Shown here piece after piece: positions 63,626-64,000 of a stretch of 64,000 nt of DNA. The notes beneath the pieces were generated by a model. It was not told where the DNA came from and did no database searches. It saw only the letters and a list, made by a program, of their open reading frames with translations. Location of the stretch: the IMG/VR virus record IMGVR_UViG_3300029288_000131, positions 25,175-89,174 of that record; one strand, 5' to 3'. The stretch is from a virus. Taxonomy: Duplodnaviria > Caudoviricetes. Numbering within the stretch: position 1 is the first letter of the stretch; every line of letters begins with the position of its first letter. Position numbers and translations under genes: made by a program.

Positions 63626-64000
63626 ACCACAAAGATCTGTTAGAACGACTGGGTGCTTGCGTCGAAGCACAGCGATGGTACGACGGCCGCGACAGCCGCG
63701 AGGCGTGGGAAGTCTGCGAACGCGGCGACTGGCTGTTGTGGGTCGCCGCGAGGCTGGGCGTGGACCGCAAGCTGCTGGTATTGGCCGCGTGCGACTGCGC
63801 CGATTCGGCGCTGAGGCATGTCCCAGACGGCGAGGATCGCCCGCGCAAGGCCATTGAGGCTGCCCGGGCATGGTGCCTGGGAGAGGCGAGCATCAATGAG
63901 GTACGCGCCGCCGCCCACGCCGCCTGCGCCGCCTACGCCGCCGACGCCGCCGCCTGCGCCGCCGCCCGCGCCGCCCACGCCGCCGCCCGCGCCGCCGCCC
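63622..64000 (+). CDS. Imm5-like-domain protein with Ala-rich repeats (runs off window)
   Basis: GTG 63622; RGDWLLW, LAACDCA, DRPRKAIEAARAW, then AAX repeats; no stop in window. Confidence 0.7.
   Translation, partial: MNHKDLLERLGACVEAQRWYDGRDSREAWEVCERGDWLLWVAARLGVDRKLLVLAACDCADSALRHVPDGEDRPRKAIEAARAWCLGEASINEVRAAAHAACAAYAADAAACAAARAAHAAARAAA

Noticed and set aside
1-64000. Long minus-strand and alternate-frame ORFs in the track (e.g. 454-921, 6038-7306, 16011-16973, 33443-34474, 44683-45825)
   Set aside because: They shadow better-supported + strand genes and have no recognisable motifs or RBS
1-64000. Stop-codon reassignment, inteins or self-splicing introns
   Set aside because: Core genes are uninterrupted under code 11, all three stops terminate genes, and I saw no intein or intron signatures

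Overview
A 64-kb internal segment of a tailed dsDNA phage genome (HK97-fold head, long non-contractile tail type). All credible genes lie on the + strand. Layout: end of a DNA-metabolism block (split SbcC/Rad50-like ATPase C-half, ThyX; 0.1-4.2 kb); putative TerS, a GC-rich array of small shuffled genes, and TerL (4.3-10.2 kb); an envelope/lysis-like block with a papain-like protease and thioredoxin (10.6-13.6 kb); beta-helix and Ser-rich proteins; head, neck and tail genes (18.8-43.5 kb); about 10 kb of glycosyl-, methyl- and sulfotransferases plus a CMP-Kdo-synthetase homolog (43.5-53.6 kb); a control region; and an early-type region (54.4-64 kb) with an AAA+ module, DenV-like glycosylase, tRNA-Ile(UAU), a sigma-like factor and an SNF2 helicase. 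Three things stand out. (1) In 54.3-59.6 kb, 10 of 11 intergenic spacers carry a structured RNA: three type II hammerhead ribozymes (one with a swapped core pair) and two repeated motifs I cannot assign to a known class, mostly ahead of a GGAGACC-type RBS. (2) A type IB topoisomerase is fused into a split MuF/gpF minor head gene. (3) Four virion-region proteins carry long poly-Ser tracts, alongside a large phage-encoded glycan synthesis and decoration pathway. The host is not determinable from sequence; a Planctomycetota-like host is only a guess from protein styles. All family assignments come from motif recognition, not database searches.
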